Shown: positions 10,505 to 23,245 of the stretch, one piece after another
Layout of the letters: the number at the start of each line of letters is the position of its first letter
Numbering within the stretch: position 1 is the first letter of the stretch
DNA from: Squalus acanthias
Taxonomy: Eukaryota
DNA: 64,000 bases
NCBI GenBank assembly: GCA_030390025.1
Contig: CM059432.1
Coordinates: forward strand, 20,772,001 to 20,836,000
Reading direction: 5' to 3'
Notes under the pieces: generated by a model
Databases searched by the model: none
Told to the model about the DNA's origin: nothing
What the model saw: the letters and a program-made list of their open reading frames with translations, nothing else
Made by a program: the position numbers and the translations under genes

Positions 10505-11871
10505 TAATGATGCTATGCCTCATTTACCTATTGCTCTTCACTTGCTGGCCTAGTCTGCTTCCCCTGTCCTGTGCTAACACTTGGCTTGATCTACTGACTG
10601 CTTACTTCGCTGCCATCTCTGATGCCATCTCTGATACTATTGCCACTATTGCCACTCCCACTGTAATCGCCAGTCTTTACGCTTGTGCTGCACCTGCCAG
10701 TGACATGTCCTCCTTGTCCACTGCTATCTGGGAGGAGCGTCATGAAGTGCACAATGCTAGTAACACTGGGAGCTTGCTAAGAAAGAGCCAGGATTTATTA
10801 TCCTTTACACAATGTGAAAGCTTCGGCTTCTTTAAACTCCCAGAAAGACTGGAAAAGGCTGCTTCCCAAGTGGATACGACAAAAACTCTTCCAACCTTGG
10901 TCTACTGGACCGATCAGGAAGCAGCCTCCTTGAATCCTCAAGGTCTGGGAAATTTGAGCAGCTCTGGCTGATAGTCTTCCCTGCACACAACCCTGCAAAG
11001 AAGAACAGAACTATAAACCAGGTGAACAGAGTTCATGGATCTAATCCAGCCCATGGACTGAATATTGGACAGTACCACTCCTGATACTTGTCAAGGTAAC
11101 CAAATAAATAGCAGCATTACTTCCAGGACATAATCCTCCTACTAGATGCGTATGTAATTATGAAATATAAAGGCATATTTTACAATTTGACCTCTCACCA
11201 TGGTGCTTCATGCATCAGAACCCTTTGAGAGAACCACTTTAGCCCTGTATCTTTATTCCTGTTCAGCTCAGTCTTTGAGCAGCATATGTTTTAACTTGTT
11301 GATTCTTTAAATTCCAGTCAGGAGCTGGACTAATGAATAACAGCATTACCTTCTGGAAGCAATCCTTCTGTTGCATTCAGATGTAATTCCATAATATATA
11401 GTCTTAAACACTACAGGGCCACCTCGTGTTATTTGGATCTTTATAGATTATATTTTCAGTAAAAATGACTGTCATCAATGAGTCAGTAAGATTTCTGAAT
11501 ATTTTAAGTAGATAGTTTATTTCAGCAACTGGCATGCTCCCTTTTTGGTGCTGATTGTATCTAAAGGGTATCAATTTTGAGCTGTCTTACTTTATTCAAG
11601 GTTCAAATTTATTCAACTGCTCATTGAGCATACGAAGTGATTGCAGGGCACAGTAATGAGCTTGTCATCTCAGGCACGGTGACTGAATGACCATGCTAGA
11701 GGTAGATGTGATTGACATGTGCTGTACCTTGTAAAATGACTGTTAAGCCCTGTTTAATTAAATGTAATATTCAGTCTGGATTATTCCTTTAAAATAATTG
11801 AGGTAAAATGTAATATACAGTTGCATCAGTTCGTCTTGTATGTTTGCTCTTCTGCACATTGCCTATTTTCA

Positions 11872-12040
11872 GTAGATCGATAGATTTTTGAATATTAAGG
11901 GAATCAAGGGATATGGGGATAGTTCAGGAAAGTGGAGATGAGGTAGAAGATCAGCCATGATCTTATTGAATGGCGGAGCAGGCTCAAAGGGCCAAATGGC
12001 CAACTCCTGCTCCTATTTCTTATGTTCTTATGTTATGTTC
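11872..12040 (+). mobile_element. HER1/CR1 3' tail
   Basis: Near-identical to 49355-49514 (agatcgatagatttttgaatattaagggaatcaagggatatgggg ... tcttatgttcttatg). Confidence 0.9.
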
Positions 12041-12834
12041 AATAGATATCCAAATTGGACAATTGTGTTTTTTCAGTTTGAATTCTGCCAGAAGATTAAA
12101 ATTTTCTTTAAAAACTTTACATATATGCATAATATATAGTGAACATATATAAAATAAAAAACACAAGGAGTTGAGGGACGAAAGCTAAAGTGGAATATTA
12201 GTGGATTTTCAATTTAAGTCTTTACTCCCGTTTATTGCCAGCAAAATGCTTCTGATCAAAGAAAAATCATTCTTAGTAAAATAGACTTTTCATTGACTTG
12301 CCGGACTCTTTCACAATGAAGAAGTTAATTCCATTCACCTCATGTTTCCTTGACAATGATGGACGACCTTAATACGTGCTTTAAGAATTCATTTAATAGG
12401 GTTCTGTATACATTTTCAGGCTATGTCAAAAGGTCGTCGCCATTTTTATAAATTGGCTTTGACTAAAATCTATATCCTGGGTAAATATTTATTACAAACC
12501 TGCTGGGTTTTTCAGTCAGCGCAGCAGGTTAACATGTTTGGTTGATGAAGTCGATTTATAAGACTGATTCTTGAACAAAATTAATATAAATTACAATTAG
12601 AATCAAATTTGTATTGAGATATGCTGTTACCATATTTACAGAAAGACTTGGGCCGGTAGAAAGGAAACAGAAGAACAACTAAGGTGATTTCTTGAGACTC
12701 AGTTAATACCTATATGGGGAGGGAGTAAGGACGGACATCATCCAAGTTTAAAAAACAATTATGGGAATTGGTAAAGTGAATGTAGTGAGGTAATTGTACA
12801 AGAGTCAGACATCATAATCAGAGGATGTATTTAT

Positions 12835-13155
12835 TTAAAAATTCATTAATAGGGATGTGGGCATCGTTAGCAAGGTCAGCATTTATTGCCCATCCCTAGT
12901 TCCCCTTGAGAAGATGGTGGTGGGACTTACTCTTGAACCGCTGCAGTCCATGTGGTGAAGGTACTTCCACAGTGCTTTTCAGTAGGTCGTTCCAGGATTT
13001 TGACCCAGCGACTATGAAGGAACGTCGATATATGTTCAAGTCAGGGTAGTGTGTGACTTGGAGGGGAACTTGGTGGTGATGGTGTTCCCATGCACCTGCT
13101 GCCCTCGACCTTCTAGATGGTAGAGGTCATGGGTTTGGGAAGTGCTGTTGAAGCT
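12835..13155 (-). mobile_element. Non-LTR LINE 3' fragment (same family as 3205-3430)
   Basis: gcatttattgcccatccctagttccccttgagaagatggtggtggg...ttgaaccgctgcagtccatgtggtg. Confidence 0.8.
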
Positions 13156-14569
13156 AAGGAAGATTCGAGCTCCATTTAATGAATGGAATATTTAAACAGC
13201 ATGCTTTGTATTGTTCACTTGCAAACATACTGCCACCTCGTGGTGTGGATGCTGGTTCAGTTGAATCATTTAAAAGGGAATTAGAGATCAATTCAGCGAA
13301 GAATGCAGCAATATGAGTTTGGGGTAGGACAAAAATTAAAGGATGGTTTGATAGCATTCGGAAATGGGATTGTGCACGATAGCCAGCTACGGAGGCTAAA
13401 TCATCTTTTCCTATTCTTATGCTTCCAGTTTCACTGTCTCGTCAAGCACTTGTTTCCCTCAAAGGACTCTGATTGACCCCTTTAACCAGTAGGACTACCA
13501 AGGTTGTATATTTTGTGATTGCTCACAGTTGTGGCAGGGATATAATGGACAGCATCTGTTTTCCTTCTTTCCACCTTTCCCTTCCCCCTCGTGAAGTATT
13601 CCACTTCTGTAAAGTGGAGACCTGGCTAAGAAACAACCAAACTGACCCCAACCACAGCAGTTTGATTGAGTGATGGACAACCCTGGGCTCAAAGCTGTGC
13701 TGATCTGCTGGGGCAACCAGTGATATAAATACCAGGCTCCTTTTACGGTGCTGCTTGTGCTCATTTCTAGCATTTATTTGCAAGTGTGCTTGTTCTTATG
13801 TTTCCCACGCTGTGAGGGCAGATGATTGCAGGCTATGAGCTTCCTCATTGATCAATGCTACTCCATGACTGGACAGCAGGTGTTTCAATGTAGAGAGAAT
13901 ACGGTGAGACAATTCATTTTTGGTTTCCCTGTCCCTGGAAATGGAGCATTTAGAATCTGTAAACAATTCCTTGTAATAATCCAGTTGCCTAGAATTTTAC
14001 AGAACAAAAACATTTAGCCCACTGAGCCTCTTGCTGGCTTTTTGAAAGAGCTATCCACTTAGTCCCACTCCTCTGCCCTTTTCCCATTCCCTTTTCTTTT
14101 TTCAAATATCTATCCACTTCCCATGTAAAAACTAATATGAAATTCTATTTCCACCACTGTGTCTGGTACGGCATTCCATGTCCTAATAATCCTCTGCAAA
14201 AAGAAATCTTTTTTTTTTAGTTAACCACTAAAATTTAACCCTGCGTGCCCAGCAGTAACTGGGCAGGGAGGCAGTTAAAAATGATCACAACAACTTACCC
14301 GCATTCATCCCACTAGATGAGGGTTGTCATCTTAACTTGTTCTTTTGAGCGGGCAAGATGGACACCTGACAGAAGTCAACAGGGTCTTTCTTTAAATATG
14401 TAGATCGGGCTCCAATGATGTCATTGGGGCCTGACTGCAATTTTAACCCGAGGCCTGTGCAAGGAAGTCATTGTGGCTTTCCCACCAGGCCAACCTAGCA
14501 GCAAGAGGAGCCAGGGTCAGGAGCGGCCCAGAAAGCTAAGTTACTTTTATTTATTTTTTTGTGACCCTT

Positions 14570-15036
14570 GTCAGCTGTGGCTCAGTGGGTAGCACACTCG
14601 CCTTCTGAGTCAGAAGGTTGTGGGTTCAAGTCACATTCCAGGGACTTGAGCACATAAAGTTAGGCTGACACTCTAGTGCAGTGCTGAGGGAGTGCTGCAC
14701 TGTCAGAGGTGCCGTCTTTCGGATAAGACGTTAAACCGAGGCCCCGTCTGCTCTCTCAGGTGGATGTAAAAGATCCCATGTCACTATTTCGAAGAAGAGC
14801 AGGGGAGTTATCCCCGGTGTCCTAGCCAATAATTATCCCTCAACCAACATGACAAAAACAGATTATCTGGTCATTATCACATTGCTGTTTGTGGGAGCTT
14901 GCTGTGCGCAAACTGGCTGCCACGTTTCCCACATTACAACAGTGACTGCACTCCAAAAGTACTTCATTGGCTGTAAAGCGCTTTGAGATGTCCAGTGGTT
15001 GTGAAAGGCGCTATATAAATGCAAGTCTTTCTTTCT
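14570..15036 (+). mobile_element. Full-length Deu-domain SINE nested in an older GC-rich TIR-type element (approx. 14225-15365)
   Basis: tRNA-like A/B boxes (tggctcagtgggta; ggttcaagtcac), Deu core (gaggtgccgtctttcggataagacgttaaaccgaggccccgtctg) and L2-like tail aaaggcgctatataaatgcaagtcttt. Confidence 0.9.
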
Positions 15037-15654
15037 TGTGGGCCAGGAGGAGTAGGTGCACTTCAGTGGGGCACCACAGGAAACCTTGGACCTCCCCCTC
15101 CCACCCTCCATCATATGTCTTCCTGACCCAACTCTCAACCACTTAACTGAGTACCGAAGATTGTATCTTTTGGGTGCCTCGTGGTAGCCTCTTTCTGCCC
15201 GAAATCCCGATCCCGCCTGCTAGGCTTGGGCAGAGAGTCACGGGATGAATGCAGATGAATTGCGAGTGTTAAAATCTACCAAGCCTAAAACTGCAGAGAA
15301 CCAGACTGTTTGCTGTCCACCTTGGGCCAGTTCACACCACTCCCACTGGCAGTTTAACTTGACCCTGTCGCGAGAGAGTCAGGTGCAGGCCAGACTGGGT
15401 AAGAACAGAAGTTTCCCTTCCCTGAAGGACATTGAGGACAATTGAGTTTTTATTTTTTAAAAAAACAGCTTTTGTTATCATTTATTTCTTAGCGACAGCA
15501 CACAAGTTACCTTATTTATTAAATTCGTTTTCACAACTTGCTAGGGTGTGATCTAAACTCACAACCTCTGGGTTGCTGGTGAAGTACCAGAACTGCTGCA
15601 CTACCACGCCATATCCTGTCATTTTACTGTCCGAGCTGCTGGATCTTAAAGTGG

Positions 15655-16310
15655 CGGATCCACCTCTAGCTCAGTTGGTAAAGGCAGCTTGTAGCTGAGC
15701 CATACAGAGCAGCAAATCCAAGGTTTTATTTTTGGTAGACATAACTGCTCTCGGCCAGTGTTGCAATTGGGAAAGTACCATTGGCCACAGTGTCCCAAAC
15801 GCTCCATTCCTCTGATTCTAGCTTTCTATTTATCCCCATCCATTTTCCACAGGATTGGTGGAAGAGCTTTCAGTCGCATTGTTCCTCCCTTCTGGAACAT
15901 TCTCCCGAAACCTTTCCACCTCTATTTGCCCGGTTTTAAAATTCCTTTTATAACTCAACATTTCAGCCAAGTTCTCTGCCTCATCTTTTAATCTCCTCTT
16001 CCTGGCTCAGCATCCATTCCCAACGCCCATCTGTAAAGCAGCTTGGGATGTTTTCCAAGTTAAAGGTGTTATACAAATTCACATTGGCGCTGCTGGTGAG
16101 AAGCAGTCGGATTCCTGCTCCTGAGAAGTGCACATGGGGCACCAAATGGAGTTAAGGCCAGGCTTGGCAATGATGGTCTTCCAACACTTACTGTCAAAAC
16201 TCACACATGCAGAATGGCCATTTGGGTGAGGTGCCAGAGAGTGACCAGTACCTGTGGAACCTCACCCCCGTATGGGTTAATACTTTTTGGAGAGAGGAAG
16301 AGAAAATAAG
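15655..16310 (+). mobile_element. Ancient tRNA-headed SINE-like family (here called family B), interrupted by a degraded L2 tail (approx. 15790-16085)
   Basis: tagctcagttggtaaag head and 3' part actgtcaaaactcacacatgcagaatggccatttgggtgaggtgccagag...gtggaacc. Related copies at approx. 19965-20275 (-), 25650-25980, 45113-45182 plus 49515-49725, and 50200-50485. Confidence 0.6.
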
Positions 16311-17303
16311 CAAAAAGGCTGGGTCCTGCAAAGGAAGAAGAACAAATCCATTTATCACTTTTAGGTGGTGACATCATGCATACCTAATTCAATTTTTGAA
16401 CATTGCAATTTGTGTCATTGTAGCAGCGTTTTGAAAAAGAAAATCCAAAGCAATTGTTAATAAAAAATCTCACCCATTTAAGAAATTGTGCATTGTTAGC
16501 AGTTCAACTGATTTAATTTAGTTTCTGGCCTTCATACTAGTCAACAGCATAATGTGTTAGGAGGTGGCAGAAAACATTCATCAAATTAAATAGTTTCAAT
16601 TTATATACCCAGTCAAAGTGAGCTAATACTCTTAACTGCCATGTTTGGTAATTTGAATCAAGAATGGAGGTTGTCTATTGCCAAGTTAAGGTGTTGCAGA
16701 TTATAATACATATTCCGTATGGCCTTCATGTTTCATTGAAAATATGAACAAGGAATGATTAAGCATTTTTAGATTCATTTTATACTTTTTTTTTACACAA
16801 GGTACACTATTGAAAGGTATTGAGTTCAATTAAGTACTAAATTTAAAGAAAGTCTTAAATATTACAATGATTTCAATTCGTACTCGGTAAACTGTCTGTA
16901 AAAAAAGTGACTATACCTTTCTATACTTTATTGAAAATAAAATCAAACTGAAGTCATTTTGAGCTTTTACGAAGCTTTTACGAATAATTTATCATTTGGC
17001 TGTTATTTTTTGTTTCTTTTGAAACACGCTTTACCAGGCAGCAAAATATTGTGTGGTTCAAGGCTTCCAGTTTACTCTTTGAAAAAGAAGGGTTGTAGAG
17101 GGGAATGTTGTGGGGAGTCCATTTTGTTCAATGTGTGAAAAGCCAGCTCAACTGGATCTTTATCTTTCGTATTTTGCACTTAAGCCTGTGCAGACATTTG
17201 TTTCTTCATCAGCTCTCATGTTAAGAAGGATTTTTGAGAGAGAGAGAGAGAGATTGTGAGGTAACTGGATGGTTGGTTTAAATTGCTGATACAAGCCAGA
17301 TTG

Positions 17304-17505
17304 CATAGTGGCATAGTGGTTAGCACTGGTGCCTCACAGCGCCAGAGACCCGGGATCGAATCTGACCTCGGGTGACTGTCTGTGTGGAGTTTGCACATTC
17401 TCCCCGTGTCTGCGTGGGTTTCCTCCGGGTGCTCCGGTTTCCTCCCACAGTCCAAAAATGTGTGGGTTAGGTTGATTTGGCTATGATAAATTGACCCTTA
17501 GTGTT
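17304..17505 (+). mobile_element. HE1-type V-SINE, 3'-truncated
   Basis: tRNA head gtggcatagtggttagcactggtgcctcacagcgccag and V-domain tgtgtggagtttgcacattctccccgtgtctgcgtgggtttcctccgggtgctccggtttcctcccaca. Confidence 0.9.
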
Positions 17506-18741
17506 ATATTCCTTGTTTTTCTTTATCAGTGGCATCAATTTTAGCAGAGCCATGGAGGGCCTTCCTCGCTCCTAAACTGCCCCTGTCGCGTCAGTTATGG
17601 GGTGCATTCTGCAGTGGTTCTATTGGATAAAAGCGGGATGTGCGACTTCAGAGCAGCCTCAGGGTGGCTCCAGGTTTGGCCGATCCCAGGAACCTCACTG
17701 TACGCTGGGAATGCAAGTTTTGCGCTTGTGGCCTGAATTACTGGGTTTGAGCGGCCTTCTGGCGAACTGAAGTCAAGCCCCATACTCCCTGCAATGGAAC
17801 TGCTCTGACATCACAGCTCGAGCCTATTGTAATCCAGGATTCATGCACGTGCACTTTCCAGCAAGTGCGACTACCTTTTGTGAGTTCCCACGAGCACAGC
17901 ACATCCATTTCCTGTCTGAATTAGTAGAAGTAAAGCCAGTCCGGGCTCTTGGAAAAGTTCTTTGGGTGATCTTTAAATAAATGGCTGAGGAACACATCAA
18001 GAACCAAGTACTGTACTTTGAAACTAGTTCCTCCTACATTTCACGTTTTCAAGGAGGTGACACTGTGTTGCAGTGCCAGTGCGGTGGGGCACTGGGCTCA
18101 TTCCTAGACTTCCCTATACAGAGAATTCCTGAGCTAGGCCATTCTGTGATGGGTAGGTGTTGAACGGATGGAAGGGAAAGCCACAGGGAGTTTCACCTGA
18201 GGTCGATTTTGCATGGCTCACTTAGAAGCCATTTTAGTAGCTGCCCGGAATCAGGTCAGTGGACTATCTTCTCAGCTGTGGTGGTTGTGTGTGACCTGGG
18301 GAGGAAATAGCTTTGACGATTGAAATGTACAATGAACACTTCCAAATAGTAAGTTCAATTACTTTTTGAATCCATTACAACGTTAATATATGGTGGAAAT
18401 TACAGGATACAATTAATAGAGCAATAAGCAATTATTTCCACAGGGAAGGCTCATTCATTTAAATAAATATACTAAAAGAGACCTGTGTTCGTGACCCAAA
18501 GAAGGAGCTAAAAAAGATTAATTGTTTATGTCACAAAATATTGGTTATCATTTTTGTATGTTGGAAATGTTTAGTATTTCAGTCTTATGATCTGTTGGGA
18601 TCTGAAATTCCACTTTTAAGGAAACGTCGGAACATTTGTGTATTTCTCTGTATCTAGTGATTCACCACTGAAATTATATGTTTGAAACATGCAGCTTCTG
18701 ATTTAATTAGTGTGATTTATTTAGTTGATCAGTCACCAATA

Positions 18742-19050
18742 CATCCAATCGGGAATTCAGGAGAAACAAATTTACCCGGAGGGCGATTAGAATGTGGAAC
18801 TCACTACCACAAGGAGTGGTTGAGGCGAATAGCATAGATGCATTTAAAGGGAATCTCGATAAGTAGACGAAGGAGAAAGGAATAGAAGGGTATTTATATT
18901 CTATAACAGAAATTTCTATAACCCTATTCCATAATAGGGTTCGATGAACAGGGATGGGAGGAGGCTCGTGTGGAACATAAATACTGGCGTAGACCAGTTG
19001 GGCCGAATGGCCTGTTTCGGTGCTGTCGATTCTATGTAATTCTACGTAAT
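18742..19050 (+). mobile_element. CR1 LINE 3' end
   Basis: aatgtggaactcactaccacaaggagtggttgaggcgaatagcatagatgcatttaaaggg ... gggccgaatggcctgtt; tail ttctatgtaattctacgtaat. Confidence 0.85.
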
Positions 19051-19744
19051 TAATTCCAGTCTCCTGTTTTTAATGGTTAAAAGAGGAATTTCAGTCCCTT
19101 AAGACACTGACAGACATATTCTGAATAAAATCACTATCCAAGAAATCCAATGCTTCTGGGCTGAAGAATTGCAGACAATTGCAATTCATCCCTTCTTGAT
19201 TAATGTAAAGTCTAAACCAGGCAGCAGGGGGTGCTCACAACCCATTAGGTGAACATGAAATTGTTGTTAATGCATGCAGGGCTTTTAGATTATCTGCAGC
19301 AGTGAGGTATTTCCAGATTGTTACCTACCTTTCTTGCCATCGCAATCAAAGTATGCTGCTTGGCTGCATCCATTTTGCAGCTTGCATTTACGCCCCCGCC
19401 CCGCATCAGGACTATGTTCTACCAAATATCTCCCCCGTTCTGTACATCGTGACTGAAAATGTCCATCAGTGCTTTCATTGGTTGGCATGTTGTTAGCATT
19501 AATTTGCAGGCACAGTGATCGGTCCCTCCGTGATTTGTATGTGTAGTGAATTCAAAATTTGGTAATATATTCAAAAGCGAAATGGGGGGAAAAAAAAAAA
19601 GTCCAGTCTGTGGCTTTGCTGATAGTGTGAGTGACATAATCCCCTGATTAGCTGGCACTGTTGCCTTTTACTGATGTCAAGTCTTCTTTTACTGTCTCCA
19701 AGCAACAGCTCAGTGTGTTTAAAAGAGAAAAAAAAAATTAAATC

Positions 19745-19935
19745 TTGGAACTTTTAAGCAAATCCTGAAAATGCTGGAAGAGCACAGCAAGTCACTCGAT
19801 GTCTAACTGAGAGAAAGAAACAAGTTAACGTTTTGGGTGTGGCCTGCCATCAGAACTTCTTAGCCCCCGAAACATTAAGTTGTCTTTCGCTTTCCAATGG
19901 CCTATGTTTATTGTGCTTTTTAAAATTCCCCCTCG
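19745..19935. mobile_element. Degenerate miniature inverted Penelope-derived insert with decayed hammerhead motif
   Basis: gaaaatgctggaagagcacagcaagtca arm. Minus-strand 19823-19857 reads AGTT-CTGATGG-...-AAAAC-GTT-AACT, followed by sense-strand cccgaaacattaagttg. Confidence 0.5.
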
Positions 19936-20726
19936 TCTCCTGTAGGCATCGACTTAAGCTGGAGTACAATTCCACAAATTGCCCTTCTCCTCCAGTGTCT
20001 GACCCAAAGTACCACTTTGCATGTGTGAGTCTAGACTGTCAGGATTGGCAGGCCATTTTACCATATAGGCCTCACAGCCAAGTCCAATCTCACCCTCACC
20101 CAACCTCACACTTACTAGCAGGGGTAACTGGGTAAAGGTCGGGTTGGAAGAAGCCTAGTTGATTTTTCCGCTCACTAGTCCAGGGCCACCGAGACCAATT
20201 GTAACATTCTCTGCTACCATCATCCCAGCTGACTTGTGCGAACTCAAATTTGACCTGGAATCAAATTGGGGACATCTGGGGAGCGATTTTTGTATACAGC
20301 ATGGGTGCCTGATGGAGTAGGCCGGGGTGGGGGATGCCGATGGGGAGGTTCAAGCAATTTTTATGGTTGCACCTCATTTGAAAGAATCTGCTGAGCCACT
20401 GGTGCTCCTTACAGGCAGCTCACTGATCTGGGGCCGAGGAATCCAGCGAGCGGCTGATTTTCACGGGCCTGCGGCGGCACCTTAAAGGGGCGGGGTGGAA
20501 GCTTCAGGAGCGTGAAAGGCAGCAGCAGTTTATAGCAGCAGGGAAAGTTTATTCAGCCCCTGCAGCCGCAAAGAGAAGATTGGAAGCCTTTCAGGCTCAA
20601 AACACACAAGCAACTGCTGTAACCTGAGTGCCAAATCTGCTTCCAGCCTTCCCTCACTGTGGCTAAGGATGTATTTAATGTACGCTCAAAATGGCCACTT
20701 CCCAACTTCCATCGCCCATATTTGTT

Positions 20727-21109
<383 letters not shown>

Positions 21110-21397
21110 TCATAACTGTCAGCTACGGCAGGAGCTCTGGCTGCAGGATCAAGTCTGCCCGAAAATTGGATCGGGTGGACAACAAGCAATAAGTCAGCTC
21201 TTCAGTTTCCCATGCAATTTTGGTTTTGCTATCATCCTGTTTTTAGGTACAAATGAGTACAACTTTACCAATTGAGCCAGTAGGTCTTTGCATTTTCTGT
21301 TTTTTATTTTGGATAGACGGGACCAACAAGATTACAGCAACATTGCTCGGGGTTTGAGAGAGGTTGATGTAAATGTGAGCAGTTGGTGGAATCTTAG

Positions 21398-21533
21398 GGA
21401 GGCAATTTTAACCTGTTGGCAGGAAATTGACGGAATCGAATGAATGGAAAGTAAAATCGTGTGGGATGTAAAACAGGCAGCTGATCCGATCCGGTCAGTT
21501 TCCCGCTGGGTGGATTAGGTTAAAATGATCCCC
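21398..21533. mobile_element. Short hairpin MITE-like element, degenerate
   Basis: Termini gggaggcaattttaacct / aggttaaaatgatcccc; interior resembles 349-477 and 50490-50639. Confidence 0.55.
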
Positions 21534-21871
21534 TTTTATGTCAGTGATTAGTGTGGGTTTTATACACGAGTCGGTAAAAGCTGGAATCGTGCCAGTGTGG
21601 TGGTATTTTGTAGCTTGAATTTGCGAGCCATCCAGTCTTAGACTGGGCAGTTTGGTTTTTGAGTAGGGCATTTGGATATTTCGACAGTATAAATAGACAG
21701 CTCAAGATTGATATTTAATAAATACATAAATTTTTCAATGTACTTCTTTGTCTTATGATGTTTTAATGTTTGGTACGATTGTCAATGAGCTTTCATCATT
21801 ACCAAAGGAAACCTCCTTTCTTGCCTCCCGTCTAGTTTTGGACTTGATAAAATAGGATGATCCTAGACATG

Positions 21872-22025
21872 GCGAGGGTAAAATCGATCTTCGGTGAAAA
21901 CGTGAAACCGGTGATAGCGAACCGCACCCGGTTTTCTTTTCTATGGACTTCAGTGGGAAAAAAACGGGCTGCCGATTCACGAGTGGCCATTTTGCACTTT
22001 AGTCGAAGAACGATTTCACCCCCGC
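21872..22025. mobile_element. Short palindromic MITE-like element
   Basis: gcgagggtaaaatcgatcttcg pairs with cgaagaacgatttcacccccgc. Pairing continues imperfectly toward a central ctatggacttcagtggg loop. Confidence 0.75.
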
Positions 22026-22639
22026 TCGGTCTGAAACCTGAATTAAAAAATCAATCCTGAACAGTACTTGGACATGAAATATTTAAATGATGTGCACGCG
22101 TACTTTGACTGTGTAACAATGAAAATCATACCTTATGATAAATTTTTCGCATGGCAGGTTTGCCGTGAGGCAGAGCTAAGATGAGATAAATGTACCCCTT
22201 TCAGATATTGGCATTAATCTATACGTTTGTAAGCTTATTGTTCTAGGTTTGTGTGACTAATTTTTGAAAAACCAAGCTACATTTATGCTGCCTCCAATAC
22301 GTTATATTTCTAATGGTTTATGTGTTGCCGATCACTGATAGAACTGTGACCATTGTGCTAACACCATGGTGTCCTATTCTCACTGTGTGTTTACAGCATT
22401 AATTTCTAATTTGTTGCTTCGTGCATTTAAGTACTGTTTATTATGTTGAAACAAGTGAAAAATGATATGCCATCCAACCTGTGGAATAGTATCTGAGTAC
22501 TGAGTCAGAAACCATGAGGGCAGATTGCAAATGCTGGTGTTTTGTAAGGATCTGGTTTATTTTTGTGCATATCATTTAAAATATATATGGTTGCATGTTT
22601 AATATCATTAGAACCCTAATAAAAGAAAGTGCTTTCATT

Positions 22640-23245
22640 ATTGCTTTTCCCCTTACCTGTCCTTATCTTAATCACTGTTCTTAATCTCTTCCCACATGTC
22701 TGTCTTACCAATCGCAATATTCCTCTATGCCTGCTTCCCTCCTTTCTTGTATCGATCTCAGCCATAGTCTCACCGCTCTACCGATTTCCCTGACCAGTCT
22801 TGATGTTTCAGTATTTTGCTTGCCCTTTCCTTTGCTGATCTTGATGTCTTACTCTTCATTTCCTTAGTAGTATCAATCTTTTCCACATTTTGCTGTTTCT
22901 TTCAGTGCTGTTGAAGTTTGCTATCTCTTGCACCCTCCTTTACAGCTCTTGATTACTTCTCCCACTTGGTCCTCTGACCCTTTGCACTCCCAACCTGGCC
23001 TTTTCCTTTGCTCTCTCTCCTTCACTTGTCCAACTCTCTTTTATTTGTCTCAAAGTCTTGTCCCCTGCATGTCCCTTCTTTCCCTCGCAGCTCGCAAATT
23101 CTTATTCTACCCTTTCCGCTACTCCTGTCTCTTCAATGCCCTTCACTTTTTTGTTTGTTCTCTGACGCCTATTCCTTTGAACTTGGGCTCCCAGCCTCCT
23201 CTCGCCCCTTTATCTGCCTCTCTTCCTCCTGCCCTCTTTCTTGGG
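22640..23245 (+). repeat. Pyrimidine-rich low-complexity tract
   Basis: Strong C/T bias over approx. 600 bp. The overlapping ORFs are L/S/P/F-rich artefacts. Confidence 0.75.

Noticed and set aside
10477..10971. 164-aa ORF with hydrophobic N-terminus
   Set aside because: It starts inside a MITE end, includes short local duplications, and has no recognisable domain or supporting gene structure.
17304..17375. tRNA gene (also at 14570, 15665, 44560 and 52786)
   Set aside because: The A/B-box-like sequence continues directly into SINE bodies, with no complete cloverleaf or terminator.
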